A DNA stretch of 64,000 bases from a virus: positions 117,109 to 181,108 of the IMG/VR virus record IMGVR_UViG_3300045806_000063; one strand, 5' to 3'. A program made the position numbers and the translations under genes. Positions within the stretch are counted from its first letter, which is position 1, and the number at the start of each line of letters is the position of its first letter. Below the pieces are notes generated by a model. That model saw only the letters and a list, made by a program, of their open reading frames with translations, did no database searches and was not told where the DNA came from. Shown here one piece after another: positions 10,132-19,849 of this stretch.

Positions 10132-11775
10132 ATGTCAGGAAATGTAGAACAACAGAACCTCTTAGCGGGGTTTAGGGTATGGGATATATCTGAGGTATAC
10201 CAGGGAACTGTCATTGACGGAGTGACACTACATGTGCCTAATGTTAATGACATGGTAGTGGATTGGACTAATGGGTTTTATAAGGTTACTGCTGTTAATA
10301 GTAGCAACATACCCACACTTCAATCTATTGACATGTCTCTCTTAACAGAGACACTTCAAGGAATCACACCAATAAATAGATTAGCACCTTATCAGCAAAT
10401 GATGAGAGCTTTTCTTAATACGACTGTAACTCCATTTGAAATGAATATAGATACTCAAATGGTTTTATACTCGGTAGCATATATCAAAGTATTTTTGGGG
10501 GTAGATACCTCTCCAACTGGTACTGTGATTTCACAGATGTATAATGGGGAAGGTGTTTTCACTAGTGAAAATGTACCAACTGTGGCAATAGATTCTACTA
10601 AACCCAATATTGTACAACCTGTTGGATTTAACAGCAGTATGGCGTTGAGCGATGGAGCTGTAGTAACTGCAATCTTCTATAATGTTAGTGGCATTGTTGT
10701 TGGACAGCAGGGATTCTTAGTGAAGAACTCAAACCTTATCCGAGGCATTGGGCAGAATCAGGTTTATATCACTTCGGTAGAATTAGTCTCAACTTTGTTA
10801 GATCCCATTGATGCCAGTATCATTAATGCGCCAGCTAACATTAGCATTAGTGGAGTTAACTTCCAAGCTCAGTTAAATTATAGCGATGGATCTAATTCAT
10901 TAATTGCAGTAGACTCATTGAAGTGTAAATTGTTTGGTTTAGATGAGTTTAACCCTACCATATCTGGTGTTTTAAATGAACTTACTTTAGTTTACTATCT
11001 AAGTCCAAATGAATCTGCTTTAACCACTACCAACCAATCGTTACAGTTTGTAGCTGCACCATATAAAATACGGGCAGTAAATAGCCCTATCGAATTCTCG
11101 TTTAAAGTTTTCATATCGCCTAAGTTTAACTCATCCACAAATCAGTACACTAACGACTACTGGTTCTGTAGTTTAGACAGAACATTATGTCAGAAATTAG
11201 TCCCAGGTCAGTATTCTGTAACTATGAATCTTGGTGGTGTCATTAATACTGCTGCAGGAACTTCTCAAGAGTATGTAGTAGCAGTAAATGTACCTGATAT
11301 TATACCTATAGGTTATGCTGGATTTACGTTCCCTCAACAAGTAACGACGAAGTATGGTATCGGAACTAGCGTGGGATGGATCATTGATTACAATAATGAT
11401 TCAGTAGATACTTACGGAAATGGCGTGTATGGTGAATACTCAACATTAGGAGCTGAAGTATTTACAATCTCAGCTGCTCAAAGTTCATTAACAAATTGGT
11501 TACAGTTAATGTGGGAACCAATACATTCCATATTTGACTCAACTACAGTGTTGGCTCCACCAACACCAACACATATGCAGTTAGAGTATCAAGGTGGTTT
11601 ATCACCTATGTTACACATAGCTGAGTACTGGAATATCACTCTACCTAAGTACTTTTCAGCAGCTTGGGTACCTAACTCCACGTTAAACATTATCTGGTAT
11701 TACTTGGAAACCGATGGGTTAACTTATGGCGCGTTAGGTGTAAGTCCTGTAGTAATGACGAATACGTTAGTTTAG
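10132..11775 (+). CDS. Virion structural protein, phiKZ gp26-like
   Basis: 547 aa; HVPNVNDMVVDW-type N-terminus; synteny. Confidence 0.6.
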   Translation: MSGNVEQQNLLAGFRVWDISEVYQGTVIDGVTLHVPNVNDMVVDWTNGFYKVTAVNSSNIPTLQSIDMSLLTETLQGITPINRLAPYQQMMRAFLNTTVTPFEMNIDTQMVLYSVAYIKVFLGVDTSPTGTVISQMYNGEGVFTSENVPTVAIDSTKPNIVQPVGFNSSMALSDGAVVTAIFYNVSGIVVGQQGFLVKNSNLIRGIGQNQVYITSVELVSTLLDPIDASIINAPANISISGVNFQAQLNYSDGSNSLIAVDSLKCKLFGLDEFNPTISGVLNELTLVYYLSPNESALTTTNQSLQFVAAPYKIRAVNSPIEFSFKVFISPKFNSSTNQYTNDYWFCSLDRTLCQKLVPGQYSVTMNLGGVINTAAGTSQEYVVAVNVPDIIPIGYAGFTFPQQVTTKYGIGTSVGWIIDYNNDSVDTYGNGVYGEYSTLGAEVFTISAAQSSLTNWLQLMWEPIHSIFDSTTVLAPPTPTHMQLEYQGGLSPMLHIAEYWNITLPKYFSAAWVPNSTLNIIWYYLETDGLTYGALGVSPVVMTNTLV

Positions 11776-11778
11776 TCT

Positions 11779-11818
11779 AGTAGATCCCATAGCCCCTTAA
11801 GGGGCTATGGGATCTACT
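11779..11818. terminator. 40-bp perfect palindrome
   Basis: agtagatcccatagcccctt|aaggggctatgggatctact after the structural operon. Confidence 0.75.
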
Positions 11819-11833
11819 CTATTTATTTAAAGG

Positions 11834-11845
11834 CATATATTATCT
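11834..11845 (+). promoter_or_regulatory. Early-type promoter motif opening accessory island 1
   Basis: catatattatct. Confidence 0.65.
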
Positions 11846-11877
11846 TTACGTTACTAACAATAGTTTTGGAGAAATGT

Positions 11878-12306
11878 ATGGAAATAAATGCAACAATTAA
11901 AAGAACCTTAAGATCGATAGAAGCGATAATGGCTCGCTCCGGAGTGGGTAAATGGAATAAGGAAGATGTGATTACTAGTTGTGAGAGTTTATCCCGTGAA
12001 GCCGAGAGCCTAAGTCAAGAACAAATGAAAAAAGATTTAGATTGGAGCGGCAATACTATAATTAAAATTGAAACTGGTAATTTTATAACCGTTATCCACA
12101 TAGACTCTATTAAACATATGACGTTGTTTAGCAGTGATGCCGGTGGTACATTACGAATAACGATGCATGGTTCAGATAAAGATACAATTATTGACACTTC
12201 TACCAAAGAAGACATAGAGCATTTGGTTGAAATATTAGAGAAACTGATCGAAATTAAACAATTGGATTACTCTGAACGCCCTCGGGTAATGCAACTGATT
12301 ATCTAG
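11878..12306 (+). CDS. Hypothetical protein
   Basis: ORF 11866-12306; GGAG RBS favours ATG 11878. Confidence 0.65.
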   Translation: MEINATIKRTLRSIEAIMARSGVGKWNKEDVITSCESLSREAESLSQEQMKKDLDWSGNTIIKIETGNFITVIHIDSIKHMTLFSSDAGGTLRITMHGSDKDTIIDTSTKEDIEHLVEILEKLIEIKQLDYSERPRVMQLII

Positions 12307-12360
12307 CACTGATTAAAAAAAACTTGTAACACAATTAAACTTAATTAAGAGGTACTAAAA

Positions 12361-12945
12361 ATGACAATTCAGAACACACTCGCTATACAATATTGCGTTT
12401 ATTATACTGCCGATAAAGATGTCTTAATATCCCAAAAAACGGTAGTGATTGACGTAGTCCAAATATTGGCAGCAACCATGTTTACGGATGGCGGGGTATC
12501 TAAGCTAGTATTCACTTTCATTAACAATAATCCTCCTATCGAGTTTAAACTCAATAGCTCGATTAACGCTGATGTAATTGGGGATATACTGGATATCGTC
12601 AGTATATCCAAAACGCATAATAGTAACTGTCGTTACACTAGGGTAATAGGTGTGATCGTTCCAGAACCTTTGTACAAAATACAGGATGGGAATTACCATG
12701 CAGGATCTATTACTGCTAGTCAAAAACCCAAGGTTAAAAAGCTGCTGAAGAGCTTATATACGGAGCTACTTGAGGAAGGACTTTATAGTACTAACTACTT
12801 GGCATCAGAACAAGTAAAGGAGCTTTTAGATTTCCTTCCCAGGTTAATAGAAGAGAATGCAATTCCGCCCGCACCACACATTAACCGTGTAGTGCGCCTT
12901 TTAGAAGAAATAGAAAAAATTCCAGACTTTGAATCCTGGTTATAA
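12361..12945 (+). CDS. Hypothetical protein carrying a 17-codon patch identical to the gp28-like gene
   Basis: 194 aa, GAGG RBS. Confidence 0.65.
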   Translation: MTIQNTLAIQYCVYYTADKDVLISQKTVVIDVVQILAATMFTDGGVSKLVFTFINNNPPIEFKLNSSINADVIGDILDIVSISKTHNSNCRYTRVIGVIVPEPLYKIQDGNYHAGSITASQKPKVKKLLKSLYTELLEEGLYSTNYLASEQVKELLDFLPRLIEENAIPPAPHINRVVRLLEEIEKIPDFESWL

Positions 12946-13015
12946 CCTTAGTAATCGATAAAAGATAATTGAACTCTGCTATATTACGACTTAACTTTAA
13001 CTTATAGGAGGAAAA

Positions 13016-13642
13016 ATGTCAGGAGTTTTAATTGCATTTGAAGGTTGTGACGGTTCTGGTAAAACTACACAGGCTTCAAAACTGTATAGTAAATTATCCC
13101 AAAAGAAACTATCAGTTTCCTTGAGATGTCAGCCGGGAAACACTCCGATCGGGAATTTAACAAGACGGTATTTAAATGAACCCAATCCGTTTCATACATT
13201 AGAAGAATATGATGAGTTTATTGGCTTGTTAGCTGTGGCAGACAGATTTCTTTTAAACCACGGCGCGGATGATGGAGTTAAAGATACTGTGAAATTTGGC
13301 GGGATAGTTATTAGTGATAGAAGTCATTTCACTTCGTTTGCTTATAACGGTTTAGATACTACCGAGTTAGCCCAGTATCAATTACGTCGGATGCCTGAAC
13401 CTGATTTGATATTCTTCTTAGATATATCATCAGAGCTGGCAATGGAACGGCTCAGTATCAGTCAAAAAAAGACTGATAACAATGAGACTCATACAAAACA
13501 AATAAAGGTAATAAATAACTACCATAACTTAATTCAGAGTAAAACCATGAATGCCGTAGTAATCGACGGCAGTTTAGATATAGAAACTATCCATGAGATA
13601 ATTTTAACTGAGGTACTAATGTACTTACACGTAAATCCTTAG
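13016..13642 (+). CDS. tmk: Thymidylate kinase
   Basis: AFEGCDGSGKTTQ P-loop, ISDRS, PDLIFFLD motifs. Confidence 0.92.
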   Translation: MSGVLIAFEGCDGSGKTTQASKLYSKLSQKKLSVSLRCQPGNTPIGNLTRRYLNEPNPFHTLEEYDEFIGLLAVADRFLLNHGADDGVKDTVKFGGIVISDRSHFTSFAYNGLDTTELAQYQLRRMPEPDLIFFLDISSELAMERLSISQKKTDNNETHTKQIKVINNYHNLIQSKTMNAVVIDGSLDIETIHEIILTEVLMYLHVNP

Positions 13643-13660
13643 TCATGAAGGAAATAATCG

Positions 13661-14611
13661 ATGAATATTTTAACAGTTGGCGATAAGGGAAAGGCAAGAT
13701 GTCATACATGCAAAGCCTTTGTCAGTATAACTTTTAAGCTGAGAGATGTACCATTACGTGATGGTAGCGGTATAATAGATAATGTCTTAGCTGGCATTTG
13801 TGATTATTGCGATAACGTGGTAAGCTTACCACTGCAATCCGCACCTTACTTAGATACAATACATGAAGCAATGCAAGATGCAGCGAAACTCCAAGCTAAG
13901 CAATTGCTAGAGCAGTCTCATTTTGATCCTGCAGAGATACATGATAGAATACAATTTTTAATATTACCAAAAACCATAGAGGAAAAACAAATGAAAAAAG
14001 ATTTAGATACATTAAACGAAACACTAAACAAACTCAAAATGATAGAGGAAATGGAGAGTAGATACCATGACCTTCTTAATAGACGTTCCTATTTTGACCA
14101 GTCTTTGCCGCAGCCATCTCTCACTGGCAAAGAAATGGAAAATCTTAAGAATTTAAGACAAGCTAATGCTGCAATTATAGCGGATCTGTTCGAGGATGTT
14201 GAGGCAGTTGATGAGGTCTCCACTGAAGAGGTTAAATCCTATTCCTCAATGCGGGATGCTTTGAAATATGCTAATTTAACGGCAGCTATCAAATCTACCG
14301 TAGTTGAAAAGGAGGAAGACTTAAGACAGGATACAAAACCCACTCCTCCACCTAAACTGCTAACTACCGCAGTAGACACAACCATAGACTTGTTTGCTAC
14401 CGCAGTAGACACAACCATAGACTTGTTTGTCTACTGCGGTCTAATTACATCATATTCTAACGAATGGTCAATAGTAGATAAGTTAAACGCCCTGGCCGCA
14501 GTATTTAACCGTAGTAAGGAAGAGAAATCTCCTATTGAAGCAGCATCTCACATTAGTGAGACTGAAGAACAGGAAATACAAGCCGCCGTCCGTCATCGTA
14601 AGGAAGTTTAA
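13661..14611 (+). CDS. Mosaic protein: N-terminal CxxC...CxxC zinc ribbon (MqsA/YgiT-like) plus helical C-terminus
   Basis: RCHTC...[10 protein letters not shown]...[16 protein letters not shown]; internal 11-aa tandem duplication. Confidence 0.55.
   Translation: MNILTVGDKGKARCHTCKAFVSITFKLRDVPLRDGSGIIDNVLAGICDYCDNVVSLPLQSAPYLDTIHEAMQDAAKLQAKQLLEQSHFDPAEIHDRIQFLILPKTIEEKQMKKDLDTLNETLNKLKMIEEMESRYHDLLNRRSYFDQSLPQPSLTGKEMENLKNLRQANAAIIADLFEDVEAVDEVSTEEVKSYSSMRDALKYANLTAAIKSTVVEKEEDLRQDTKPTPPPKLLTTAVDTTIDLFATAVDTTIDLFVYCGLITSYSNEWSIVDKLNALAAVFNRSKEEKSPIEAASHISETEEQEIQAAVRHRKEV
14364..14429 (+). repeat. 33-bp perfect in-frame tandem duplication
   Basis: ctaccgcagtagacacaaccatagacttgtttg x2 ([10 protein letters not shown] twice). 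Confidence 0.95.
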
Positions 14612-14613
14612 AC

Positions 14614-15201
14614 ATGTCATTAATACCAGATAGTCGAATTCAAGAACTGGTTGCTAGCCATGATATGATTTCTCCATTTGTGGGTTATCAGGTTAGGTCC
14701 ACTCCCAGTCCCCTTTACTCAGTCCAGCCGGAACCGGTTATTTCGTACGGGTTATCTAGCTTTGGATATGATGTACGATGTGCTGATGAGTTTAAAATAT
14801 TTACTAATATAAATTCATCTATCGTCGATCCAAAGGACTTTGATCCTAAAGGATTTATATCTGTTAAGGCAGATTCAATTCTGATACCTCCAAATAGCTT
14901 TGTATTGACACATACCGTTGAGTATTTTAAGATCCCGAGAAATGTACTCGTCTTGTGTGTTGGTAAGTCCACTTATGCAAGATGTGGACTGTTACTGAAT
15001 GTGACGCCATTGGAACCTGAATGGGAAGGACAAGTGACATTGGAGATATCCAATACCACTTCATTACCGGCCAGGGTATATGCCAATGAAGGTATAGCTC
15101 AGTTTCTATTCTTTGAATCTTCTACCCCTTGCAGCTCATCTTACGCTGATAAGAAGGGTAAATATCAAGGCCAGAAAGGCACCACCCTACCTATAACGTA
15201 A
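14614..15201 (+). CDS. dcd: dCTP deaminase (proteobacterial type)
   Basis: [46 protein letters not shown] motifs. Confidence 0.95.
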   Translation: MSLIPDSRIQELVASHDMISPFVGYQVRSTPSPLYSVQPEPVISYGLSSFGYDVRCADEFKIFTNINSSIVDPKDFDPKGFISVKADSILIPPNSFVLTHTVEYFKIPRNVLVLCVGKSTYARCGLLLNVTPLEPEWEGQVTLEISNTTSLPARVYANEGIAQFLFFESSTPCSSSYADKKGKYQGQKGTTLPIT

Positions 15202-15208
15202 ATTCAGT

Positions 15209-15238
15209 ATAGACTCACTGATTAATCAGTGAGTCTAT
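15209..15238. terminator. 30-bp perfect palindrome
   Basis: atagactcactgatt|aatcagtgagtctat after dcd. Confidence 0.7.
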
Positions 15239-15251
15239 GGTTTTAATACTT

Positions 15252-15349
15252 AAATAATTTTCAAACATATATCATCTAGATGAGATTACTAAATAGTGAT
15301 TCTTAAGTAGCTATTCTTTTAATAGCAAATTAGATTGGAGAATGAAATG
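15252..15349 (+). repeat. Leader family A copy 2
   Basis: aaacatatatcatctagatgagattactaaatagtgattcttaagtagctattcttttaatagcaaattagattggag. Confidence 0.9.
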
Positions 15350-16483
15350 GCTAGTATAGGTTTGTGCATGATAGTAAAGAATGAAGCAGCTGTAATTATG
15401 CGTTGTCTGGATAGCTGCTTGCCCTTGTTGGACTATGTGTTAATAGTCGACACCGGTTCTAGTGATGGCACCCAACAGCTGATACGTCAATTTCTGCAGG
15501 AAACCGGCTTACCCGGCAGCGTGGTGGATGAGCCGTGGCAAGATTTTGCCCATAATCGCAGTTCCGCATTGCAAAAACTCAGACAGCGCCCGGAACTGGA
15601 TTATAGCTTGATGATAGATGCCGACGAAGTGCTGCACTATGAGGCTGATTTTGATGCTGCGCTGTTTAAACAGCAATTGGATCAGGATGTATACGACATT
15701 GAAACCCGTTACGGCAATATCAACTACCTACGCCCACAACTGTGCAGTAACCACCTGCCCTTTTATTACAAAGGCATCCTCCACGAATATCTGGAACTCA
15801 ATCAATCGTTTACCAGAGAGCCTCTAAAGGGCTTATATAACACTCCATTACCAGACGGAGCTCGTTCCCGTAATCCTCAGAAATATCAAGAGGATGCTGC
15901 TGCATTAGAAGCAGCTCTTGAACATGAAACTGATAAGCAGCTGCAACGGCGCTATACCTTTTACTTAGCTCAAAGCTATAGAGATTGTAAAGAGTTTGAT
16001 AAAGCTTTAAACGCATATGCGCGGCGGACACACCAAGGTGGGTGGGATGAAGAAATATATTACTCTTTTTTATCCATTGCCCGTATACAGGAATATCTTG
16101 GGTATTCGAAAGAGTATGTGCTGAATAATTATTTTGAAGCTCATGAAATTAAACCATCTAGATTGGAAGCTCTACATGGTGCTGTTAGTTATTGCCGTAA
16201 GAATCAAAAAATGGGTCTAGCTTATTTAATAAGCAAAGGTGCATTGGAACAGAAAGCTCCGCCAGATGCTCTATTTTCAGAGCAGTGGATTTATGATTAT
16301 GGTATACTCGATGAGTATACCATTGCTGCTTATTGGGCGGGACACTATGCCGAGAGTTACAAAGCCTGCATGCAGTTATTAAAATCACCATTAGTACCAG
16401 TTCGGGAACGAAACCGAATCCAGACTAATGCGAAGTCCGCATTAAAGAAAATCGATGACAATGCTTTGGTTCAGCAGTGGTAA
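15347..16483 (+). CDS. Family 2 glycosyltransferase with C-terminal TPR-like repeats
   Basis: LCMIVKNEA, IVDTGSSDGT, WQDFAHNR, IDADE (DxD), GILHEY; FYLAQSYRD helical repeats; ATG 15347 follows GGAG. Confidence 0.88.
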   Translation: MASIGLCMIVKNEAAVIMRCLDSCLPLLDYVLIVDTGSSDGTQQLIRQFLQETGLPGSVVDEPWQDFAHNRSSALQKLRQRPELDYSLMIDADEVLHYEADFDAALFKQQLDQDVYDIETRYGNINYLRPQLCSNHLPFYYKGILHEYLELNQSFTREPLKGLYNTPLPDGARSRNPQKYQEDAAALEAALEHETDKQLQRRYTFYLAQSYRDCKEFDKALNAYARRTHQGGWDEEIYYSFLSIARIQEYLGYSKEYVLNNYFEAHEIKPSRLEALHGAVSYCRKNQKMGLAYLISKGALEQKAPPDALFSEQWIYDYGILDEYTIAAYWAGHYAESYKACMQLLKSPLVPVRERNRIQTNAKSALKKIDDNALVQQW

Positions 16484-16544
16484 CCGGGATGCAGATATAG
16501 GCGAGATATCATCTGTGGTAAAGTAGTTCTAATCATTTTATGTA

Positions 16545-16578
16545 TGGTACCTGATGCTGATATCAGCATCAGGTACCA
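16545..16578. terminator. 34-bp perfect palindrome
   Basis: tggtacctgatgctgat|atcagcatcaggtacca closes island 1. Confidence 0.7.
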
Positions 16579-16624
16579 ATCTTTAACCTAGTAATCTTTT
16601 TTTGATTATTAAACGGGGAACTTA

Positions 16625-18799
16625 ATGATTTTATTTTTATCAGACTGGGATAGATACCCTAACGCTATACCGGATACAAAGACCCAGAATACATCATGGT
16701 TAAATATGGCATCTATATTGAAAATGATGGGTATAGCGAACTATGCTTTTTTATTAGCGTTGCACGAACCAAGATTACAAGGAATTGATCCACACTCTTC
16801 AAATTTAACACCTACTCAGGTGTTAATGATACAGTTGGAATTAAAAAACAACCCTTGGTATTTTTTTAGGGAATATGCTAGAATACCTAATGGTAACTAT
16901 CCATTAAAGTTTGAAATCAATAGACCGGTCTTGGCTCTTCTTTGGTCTATGTTAGTTGGTATTTCCTTTGGTTTAGTAATGCCTCGTCAGTTAGGTAAAT
17001 CATTCGCTATGTATTTTTTTCACTTGTGGTTAGTAGATTACCGATATAGGAAAAGTGGTACGTTTATTTTAACCAAAGATGCTAAACTAAAAAAGGAATC
17101 AATAACGCACATGCAAATGTGTAGAGAGTTATACCCTGAATTAATTTCTCCGTTAATTAAACACGGTAATGATAAAGATGTCGATAACTACGATTCTATA
17201 ACCTGTAATAGATGGGGTAATCGAATAACCTTTGATATAGGCCATGCGGTACTGGCTACAGCTAACAATGTGGCTAGGGGCTGTACATTACCATTTATAC
17301 ACTCAGATGAAACTGCATGGACAATTAATGCACAGCTATCAATCCCACAGATGCAGTTTGCTACAGGTAGAGCTCGTGAAAATGCTAGAGAGTTTGGAAT
17401 TGTAAACTGTGATGTCTATACTACGACTGCTGGATTTTTAGATACTGAACATGGTAAATATGCTTACGATCTGATAATGTCAGGCATGTATTGGAATGAA
17501 AACTTATACGACTCATTGAACGCTAAAGACGCCCAATCTATCGTTCTAATGAATGCTCCGGGGAAACGATGTATTATTAATGGAACATTTAACTACCGAC
17601 AAGCTGGGAAAGATGATAACTGGTTAAAAGAGCGGATGGCTGGCGTTACGACTGATGTAGAGACCTTAGAGAATAACTTTTTAAACAAGTGGGGAAAAGG
17701 CGCATTATTTACATTCCTTACCAAACAACAATCTGAAGTAATCTCTAAGGGTGAAATGGCTCCATTACACACTTCAATGGGGGCAAACAAGTATTTAGTT
17801 GGATGGTATCTACGTAAATATGAAATTAACGAAACGCTTAATAGTGGTTATTTCGCTATTGGTTTGGATACTAGCCAAGCTGTTGGTCGAGATTCAAATG
17901 GTTTAATCTTAGTAGATCTAAGGAACATGGCAGTGATAGCCAGATCTCAGATTAACGAAGCTAACCTATTTAATTACGCTATGTGGATAGTAGATCTTTT
18001 GATTCAGTATCCTCGTGTAACCTTAGTAATTGAAAATAAAGCATCAGGTCAGAGTATACTAGATATTATAGTCCATCATCTATTAGCTAATGGAATGAAC
18101 CCTTACAAACGGATCTATAATTCGATTGTAGATAATTCCACAGGTAAAGAAACTGATAAAGAAAACTTTGAACTCATTCAACGCGGGTGGCGTGAAACTG
18201 AAGTATATGAGAAATTCAAAGATAAATTTGGTATCTCTACTAACCAAGAGATTAGACGGTTATTGTACGATGTTGTGATACAGAGTGCAGTTAACTCCAC
18301 TGGTCATTTAGTTAGGGATCCTATTTTAGCTGAAGAATTAAGAGGACTCATCACGAAGAAAGGACGAGTTAATCATGCGGTTAAAGGACATGATGATTTA
18401 GTAATTGGCTGGTTAATGACTCATTACTTTGTGAAGCATACCAGAAACTTAGAGTATTACGGAATTGATACTAACTATGTCTTATCTATGGTTAGTGATG
18501 ACGGGTCAATGTTATCACCTGCTGAACTAAAAGTGAAAAAAATTACTAACAGTATTAAGGAAGAGGTTATTAAGCTTAAGGATAAAATTAAGAGTTCTAC
18601 ATCTTTAGTGGATAACATGAGAGATGAAATGATCTTAAAGGTTAAGATAAATGAATTAAAGAAAACAGGAGACGTTAGTATCTCTCTGGACGCCGTTATG
18701 AAAGAGATCAAAGATGCTAGAGGTAAAACTGGTATTAAAGAAACCATCTTAGATCTACAGCGTAAACGAGGTCAGTGGGTAGGTATGAGACCTGTGTAA
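16625..18799 (+). CDS. terL: Terminase large subunit, phiKZ gp25-like
   Basis: MILFLSDW start, NPWYFFRE, PRQLGKS Walker A, IHSDE Walker B, GLDTSQAVGRD and GHDDLVIGW nuclease motifs; 724 aa. Confidence 0.92.
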   Translation: MILFLSDWDRYPNAIPDTKTQNTSWLNMASILKMMGIANYAFLLALHEPRLQGIDPHSSNLTPTQVLMIQLELKNNPWYFFREYARIPNGNYPLKFEINRPVLALLWSMLVGISFGLVMPRQLGKSFAMYFFHLWLVDYRYRKSGTFILTKDAKLKKESITHMQMCRELYPELISPLIKHGNDKDVDNYDSITCNRWGNRITFDIGHAVLATANNVARGCTLPFIHSDETAWTINAQLSIPQMQFATGRARENAREFGIVNCDVYTTTAGFLDTEHGKYAYDLIMSGMYWNENLYDSLNAKDAQSIVLMNAPGKRCIINGTFNYRQAGKDDNWLKERMAGVTTDVETLENNFLNKWGKGALFTFLTKQQSEVISKGEMAPLHTSMGANKYLVGWYLRKYEINETLNSGYFAIGLDTSQAVGRDSNGLILVDLRNMAVIARSQINEANLFNYAMWIVDLLIQYPRVTLVIENKASGQSILDIIVHHLLANGMNPYKRIYNSIVDNSTGKETDKENFELIQRGWRETEVYEKFKDKFGISTNQEIRRLLYDVVIQSAVNSTGHLVRDPILAEELRGLITKKGRVNHAVKGHDDLVIGWLMTHYFVKHTRNLEYYGIDTNYVLSMVSDDGSMLSPAELKVKKITNSIKEEVIKLKDKIKSSTSLVDNMRDEMILKVKINELKKTGDVSISLDAVMKEIKDARGKTGIKETILDLQRKRGQWVGMRPV

Positions 18800-18803
18800 C
18801 TAT

Positions 18804-18837
18804 TTACTCATCTAAGACTTAAGTCTTAGATGAGTAA
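18804..18837. terminator. 34-bp perfect palindrome
   Basis: ttactcatctaagactt|aagtcttagatgagtaa after terL. Confidence 0.72.
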
Positions 18838-18859
18838 CAGTGGCATTCTTTTAAATTAA

Positions 18860-18875
18860 AAACATATATCATCTA
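18860..18875 (+). promoter_or_regulatory. Early-type promoter opening accessory island 2
   Basis: aaacatatatcatcta. Confidence 0.7.
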
Positions 18876-18927
18876 AGTGAGGATACTTAATTAGTCCTCT
18901 CTTTTAATAAATAACTGGAGAAATAAA

Positions 18928-19362
18928 ATGAGTAATGTACGAAGAGAATTAACAAAAGCTGATATTATTCTATTAGTCTGTGAATTCTCAGATAGTACTA
19001 AGTGTCCCATGTCGGATATCCTGGTGGGCGCAGGATCTGCTATGGTTTTACTTGGGTTGCGAGAAACTACTAATGACGTAGACATGTCAGTACCGGTTGA
19101 TATATTTGAGGATTACTTAACTGAACCCCCACATATCAGCGAAATCGTGTACGATGAAACGTGGAGACCTCATCACATTGATCTTGTCAACGGGATAAGC
19201 CTTCGTAAACATATGGGGTTCAAGTTACAGCTAAAGGCTGATCAAGGCTTCTTTATCCAACATCCTAAAGATATACTGGACCTCAAACTCGAACTCAATC
19301 GGGAAAAAGACCAAGCAGATATTAGAGCTTTACGCGAAGTTGCGAGCATATGGGGATATTAA
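18928..19362 (+). CDS. Small nucleotidyltransferase-fold protein
   Basis: GAGSAMVLLGLRETTNDVD (G-S...DxD) and C-terminal REKDQADI typical of minimal NTase-like families. Confidence 0.65.
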   Translation: MSNVRRELTKADIILLVCEFSDSTKCPMSDILVGAGSAMVLLGLRETTNDVDMSVPVDIFEDYLTEPPHISEIVYDETWRPHHIDLVNGISLRKHMGFKLQLKADQGFFIQHPKDILDLKLELNREKDQADIRALREVASIWGY

Positions 19363-19364
19363 AA

Positions 19365-19691
19365 ATGAGCAGTAAAGGTTACACATTTAATGTAAAACTT
19401 ACTGCTCATGGCTTTGTAGGCACTTGTCTAGAATTTCCAACATTACGAATAGTTGAGAGGAGTAGAGCAGATGCTTTAGCTGCTATTCAGCGTCTTACTG
19501 AGACAACTAAAGCGGGTAGAAACATTAGGAATGGACGAGTACCCTTAGCTATTAGTGATAGAACATATAGTGGGGAAATATCATTAAGGATACCTCCAGA
19601 ATTACATAAAAAACTAGTCTTTTTATCGAAGGAAAGAAGGACTACGTTAAACAGATTAATATCTGGACTTTTAGAGGAAGCCTTTGAATGA
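19365..19691 (+). CDS. hicB: HicB-family antitoxin (partial RNase H fold + ribbon-helix-helix)
   Basis: FVGTCLEFP...YSGEISLRIPPELHKKL...TLNRLI; ATG 19365; no hicA adjacent. Confidence 0.8.
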   Translation: MSSKGYTFNVKLTAHGFVGTCLEFPTLRIVERSRADALAAIQRLTETTKAGRNIRNGRVPLAISDRTYSGEISLRIPPELHKKLVFLSKERRTTLNRLISGLLEEAFE

Positions 19692-19849
19692 ACGAGGAAT
19701 CCGAGGAACTTATTCATGGTATCAATAAGACATTTAAACACGAGCTGGGTGGGGCATATGGCAACTGGGTATTTGAGCGCTACACTGCTGTTAAAATTGA
19801 CGTAGAAACCTTAGAGAATAATTTTTTAAACCATTGGGGAAAAGAATGA
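19688..19849 (+). CDS. Small hypothetical protein (53 aa, not in ORF track)
   Basis: MNEESEELIHG...NHWGKE; ATGA overlaps with both neighbours. Confidence 0.6.
   Translation: MNEESEELIHGINKTFKHELGGAYGNWVFERYTAVKIDVETLENNFLNHWGKE

Noticed and set aside
6655-12820. Diversity-generating retroelement TR/VR pair
   Set aside because: The two copies are identical with no adenine-specific mismatches, and no reverse transcriptase is in the window
15347-16483. A DNA hypermodification pathway from dcd + tmk + GT2
   Set aside because: No hydroxymethylase or modified-base thymidylate synthase in the window, and each gene lies in a separately punctuated unit; kept only as a minor possibility
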